This document shows positions 60,101 through 64,000 of a stretch of DNA of 64,000 bases, one piece after another. The stretch is from assembly GCF_902713615.1 (NCBI RefSeq), contig NC_052166.1:68596406-68660405 (forward strand). Direction: 5' to 3'. The notes under the pieces were generated by a model, which saw only the letters and a program-made list of their open reading frames with translations, made no database searches and was not told the origin of the DNA. Every line of letters starts with the position of its first letter. Position 1 is the first letter of the stretch. The translations under genes and the position numbers were made by a program. The stretch comes from Scyliorhinus canicula (taxonomy: Eukaryota).

Positions 60101-60200
60101 TCCCACCAGCCTGCCTACGTTATTTTGAAGTTTTACACCTTCCTACTCACAGTTCGCAATACTTCCAACTTCTGTATCATTTGCAAATTTTAAAACTGTT
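57190..60200 (-). mobile_element. Cluster of decayed CR1/HER1 LINE fragments
   Basis: LQRVQRRFTRM, NFADDTKIG, WADKWQMKFN, PADWRIVNVTP..YRPVSLTS. Confidence 0.8.
59667..60115. repeat. 17-bp minisatellite (GCCTGCCCATTCCACCA)n, about 26 units, inside a CR1 fragment
   Basis: Unit is the reverse complement of the LINE RLVEWA codons; LINE sequence resumes on both sides. Confidence 0.92.
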
Positions 60201-60257
60201 CCTAACAGTAAAACCTGAGAAAGTCCACTATAAACCTTCATTCAGTCCAAACAAAAT

Positions 60258-61420
60258 TGGGGGTTCTGTGTGCGGGTTTAGTGTTTGGGGGTTGTGTGTG
60301 CGGGTTCAGTGTTTGGGGGTTCTGTGTTTGTGGGTTCAGTGTTTGGGGTTCTGTGTTTGCCGGTTCAGTGTTTGGGGGTTGTGTGTGCGGGTTCAGTGTT
60401 TAGGGGTTCAGTGTTTGGGGGTTGTGTGTGCAGGTTCAGTGTTTTGGGGTTCTGTGTTTGTGGGTTCAGTGTTTGGGGTTCTGTGTTTGCCGGTTCAGTG
60501 TTTGGGGGTTCTGTGTGCGGGTTCAGTGTTTGGGGGTTCTGTGTGCGGGTTCAGTGTTTGGGGGTTCTGTGTGCGGGTTCAGTGTTTGGGGGTTTTGTGT
60601 TTGGGGGTTCAGTGTTTGGGGGTTCTGTGTTTGTGGGTTCAGTGTTTGGGGTTCTGTGTTTGCCGGTTCAGTGTTTGGGGGTTGTGTGTGCGGGTTCAGT
60701 GTTTGGGGGTTTTGTGTTTGGGGGTTCAGTGTTTGGGGTTCTGTGTTTGCCGGTTCAGTGTTTGGGGGTTGTGTGTGTGGGTTCAGTGTTTGGGGGTTGT
60801 GTGTGCGGGTTCAGTGTTTGGGGGTTCTGTGTGTGGGTTCAGTGTTTGGGGGTTGTGTGTGCGGGTTCAGTGTTTGGGGGTTGTGTGTGCGGGTTCAGTG
60901 TTTGGGGGTTCTGTGTACGGGTTCAGTGTTTGGGGGTTTTGTGTTTGGGGGTTCAGTGTTTGGGGTTCTGTGTTTGTCGGTTCAGTGTTTGGGGGTTGTG
61001 TGTGCGGGTTCAGTGTTTGGGGGTTCAGTGTTTGGGGTTTCTGTGTTTGTGGGTTCAGTGTTTGGGGTTCTGTGTTTGCCGGTTCAGTGTTTGGGGGTTC
61101 TGTGTGTGGGTTCAGTGTTTAGGGGTTCTGTGTGCGGGTTCAGTGTTTGGGGGTTCTGTGTTAGCGGGTTCAGTGTTTGGGGGTTCTGTGTGTGCTAGTT
61201 CAGTATTTGGGGGTTCAGTGTTTGGGGGTTCTGTGTGTGGGTTCTGTGTTTGGGGGTCCAGTGTTTGGGGGTTCCCGGTTTGTGTCTTGTATTTGTGGGT
61301 TCAGTGTTTGGGGGTTCTGTGTTTGCAGGTTCAGTGTTTGGGTGTTCTGTGTGTGGGTTCAGTGTTTGGGGGTTCTGTGTTTGCAGGTTCAGTGTTTGGG
61401 GGTCCAATGTTTGGGGTTCA
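60258..61420. repeat. ~28-bp G/T-rich minisatellite (TTCAGTGTTTGGGGGTTCTGTGTGCGGG)n
   Basis: Tandem repeat; Cys/Val/Gly pseudo-ORFs. Confidence 0.95.
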
Positions 61421-62619
61421 GTATTTTTCTTCGCAGTTGTGTGTGAATAAAATAGGAAAACTGAAATTTTCAGAAGCCCACTTTGCTCCGGCCCGTCTCT
61501 TAAGTAACATCAATATCAACAGACAAATTGTTTTTAACACATGGTTAACTTTATGCTGTCGGATTGGGTGAGTGCCTGGTTTCTTGATTGGAATTGTTGG
61601 GGGAAATTCCAGGCACAGACACACATCCCATCAGGGACAGCTTGCTGCAGGATCAGAATGACTGCCTGGGACTGCAGGGCTTGACAGAAACAGACAAGCC
61701 TGTTCTCCAGCTCTACATTAAACCTGTGTCAGAGCAGTCAGTGCCATGCCTGTGAATAATTATTGTGTATTGAAAAACCAAATTCACATGCAGCATTGAT
61801 CCCCCGACTGCATGCTATCACTGGGCGAGAACTACAGGTGGTCCAGATGTTGTTGGATCGGGACAACAGCTGCTCCAAATGTTATCAGCGTCCTGGTGCT
61901 CCAGATGTGATCAACTCACCATAACTCACAGCATGACGGACATCACTAGAAAGAAGCCTGTGTGAATGAGCAGAATAATCAGGATGAGAAAGCAAAGCAA
62001 GTGTAGGCAGCTGAGCAGAGAGTAACAATGAAGGGAATTGTTTGCCATATGCTGCTCAGTTTGGTTCAATTCCTCTCCACAGAGTGAAATTTATAGCAGG
62101 CATTAATCGATTGTTGACAATTTATCCAGCATGCCATTGGAGACAGTATGATTTGAGAAATGGCCATTGTTCAGGAGAGTGTGAGGAACGGCACTGAACA
62201 CCCAGGTTAGCTTCCCGTTGCAAATTCAATCTTCGCAGGATCTCACTGGTACCCCAGTTCCATAATAGGTAGGGGGCAGAGAGGGGAGTGGGGGGGGAAC
62301 TGAACTAAGAGATGTTCATTTTGTGCTTCTTCAAAAATTCTGTTTAAGACACCGACACTTGCCGCGATAGCAGAGTCCAGGGCCCATTTCACACCCAGTT
62401 CCTCAAGTGCGTGTCTAATTCATGTTTGTCTGAGGTTTCAGGAGTGGCGGTAGGCCATCTGAACACAACGTCATCATGATTTCCCCCCCGAATCCATCCT
62501 CCTTCCCCAACCCTGGGGTGCTGAGGCCAATTCAGCGGCCTTGCTGCTGCCCAGGTTGTGACCAGCACAAACCGTGGGTACAATCCACGACACTCCTGAG
62601 CTGTGTAACTGTTATTTTC

Positions 62620-62712
62620 CGATGTGGAGATGCCCGCGTTGGATTGGGGGTGGCACAGGAAGAGGTCTGACAACACCAGGTTAAAGTCCAACAGGTTTGT
62701 TTCGAACATGAG
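62620..62712. mobile_element. Third copy of the Penelope-like family, truncated by the adjacent LINE
   Basis: gatgtggagatgcccgcgttgga..caacaccaggttaaagtccaacaggtttgtttc matches 21836-21930. Confidence 0.8.
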
Positions 62713-64000
62713 TTGGGTAATGAACCAGGCCAGGTGTTAGATCTGGAGGTAGGTGAGCACTTTGGAAACAGTGACCACAATTCGGTGACCTTTACGTTAG
62801 TGATGGAAAGGGATAAGTATACCCCGCAGGGCAAGAGTTATAGCTGGGGGAAGGGCAATTATGATGCCATTAGACATGACTTAGGATGTGTTGGTTGGAG
62901 AAGTAGGCTGCAAGGGTTGGGCACACTGGATATGTGGAGCTTGTTCAAGGAACAGCTATTGCATGTTCTTGATAAGTACGTACCAGTCAGGCAGGGAGGA
63001 AGGGGTCGAGCGAGGGAACCGTGGTTTACCAAAGAAGTGGAATCTCTTGTTAAGAGGAAGAAGGAGGCCTATGTGAAGATGAGGCGTGAAGTTTCAGTTG
63101 GGGCGCTTGATAGTTACAAGGAAGCGAGGAAGGATCTAAAGAGAGAGCTGAGACGAGCAAGGAGGGGACATGAGAAGTCTTTGGCAGGTAGGATCAAGGA
63201 AAACCCAAAAGCTTTCTATAGGTATGTCAGGAATAAAAGAATGACTAGGGTAAGAGTAGGGCCAGTCAAGGACAGTGGTGGGAAGTTGTGTGTGGAGGCT
63301 GAGGAGATAAGCGAGATACTAAATGAATACTTTTCGTCAGTATTCACTCAAGAAAAAGATAATATTGTGGAGGAGAATGCTGAGACCCAGGCTATTAGAA
63401 TAGATGGCATTGAGGTGCGTAGGGAAGAAGTGTTGGCAATTCTGGACAAGGTGAAAATAGATAAGTCCCCGGGGCCAGATGGGATTTATCCTAGGATTCT
63501 CTGGGAAGCCAGGGAAGAGATTGCTGAGCCTTTGGCTTTGATTTTTAGGTCATCATTGGCTACAGGAATAGTGCCAGAGGACTGGAGGATAGCAAATGTG
63601 GTCCCTTTGTTCAAGAAGGGGAGTAGAGATAACCCCGGTAACTATAGGCCGGTGAGCCTAACGTCTGTGGTGGGTAAAGTCTTGGAGAGGATTATAAAAG
63701 ATACAATTTATAATCATCTAGATAGGAATAATATGATTAGGGACAGTCAGCATGGTTTTGTGAAGGGTAGGTCATGCCTCACAAACCTTATCGAGTTCTT
63801 TGAGAAGGTGACTGAACAGGTAGACGAGGGTAGAGCAGTTGATGTGGTGTATATGGATTTCAGTAAAGCGTTTGATAAGGTTCCCCACGGTCGTCTATTG
63901 CAGAAAATACGGAGGCTGGGGATTGAGGGTGATTTAGAGATGTGGATCAGAAATTGGCTAGTTGAAAGAAGACAGAGAGTGGTAGTTGATGGGAAATGTT
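62713..64000 (+). mobile_element. Young 5'-truncated CR1/HER1 LINE; uninterrupted ORF2 (end of endonuclease into RT) running off the window
   Basis: About 429 codons with no stop by manual reading: GEHFGNSDHN..KSPGPDGIYPRIL..NYRPVSLTSVVGK..QHGFVKGRSCLTNL..YMDFSKAFDKVPH. Confidence 0.92.

Noticed and set aside
59602-61571. 506/428/258-aa Cys/Val/Gly- or Pro-rich ORFs
   Set aside because: Translations of the 17-bp and 28-bp minisatellites.
61926-62048. 40-aa hydrophobic minus-strand ORF (MANNSLHCYSLLSCLHLLCFLILIILLIHTGFFLVMSVML) near GTGAGT donors
   Set aside because: No recognisable homology, no downstream exons found, and pyrimidine-rich sequence gives hydrophobic ORFs by chance.

Overview
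Eukaryotic DNA from a cartilaginous fish (HE1/V-SINEs, HER1/CR1-type LINEs, DeuSINE remnants and shark-type minisatellites), covering part of the vertebrate Surfeit locus. Reading exons and splice sites by hand gives: MED22/SURF5 (minus; non-coding exon 1 and coding exons at 8509-8631 and 3969-4049, the rest off the left edge), a complete 3-exon DNLZ (minus, 172 aa), a complete 8-exon RPL7A/SURF3 (plus, 266 aa) with intronic box C/D snoRNAs SNORD24 (intron 3) and two SNORD36 (introns 5 and 6), and a 9-exon SURF1 (minus, about 305 aa) with an apparent 1-bp frameshift in exon 6. Almost all long ORFs in the track are translations of tandem repeats or decayed transposons. Most interesting: (i) DNLZ lies between MED22 and RPL7A and no SURF2 is visible upstream of SURF1, so both mammalian bidirectional Surfeit pairs are absent; (ii) a decayed, SINE-disrupted U24 copy sits in RPL7A intron 2 while the intact copy is in intron 3; (iii) unrelated minisatellites repeatedly begin just downstream of 5' splice sites, and several are visibly seeded from SINE/LINE sequence; (iv) Penelope-type fold-back insertions with target-site duplications, one carrying a minimal hammerhead-ribozyme motif; (v) deeply nested transposons and three solo LTRs with 5-bp TSDs. 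I found no evidence for a new multi-gene system. Comparisons with human genes and repeat consensuses are from memory and were not checked against a database.
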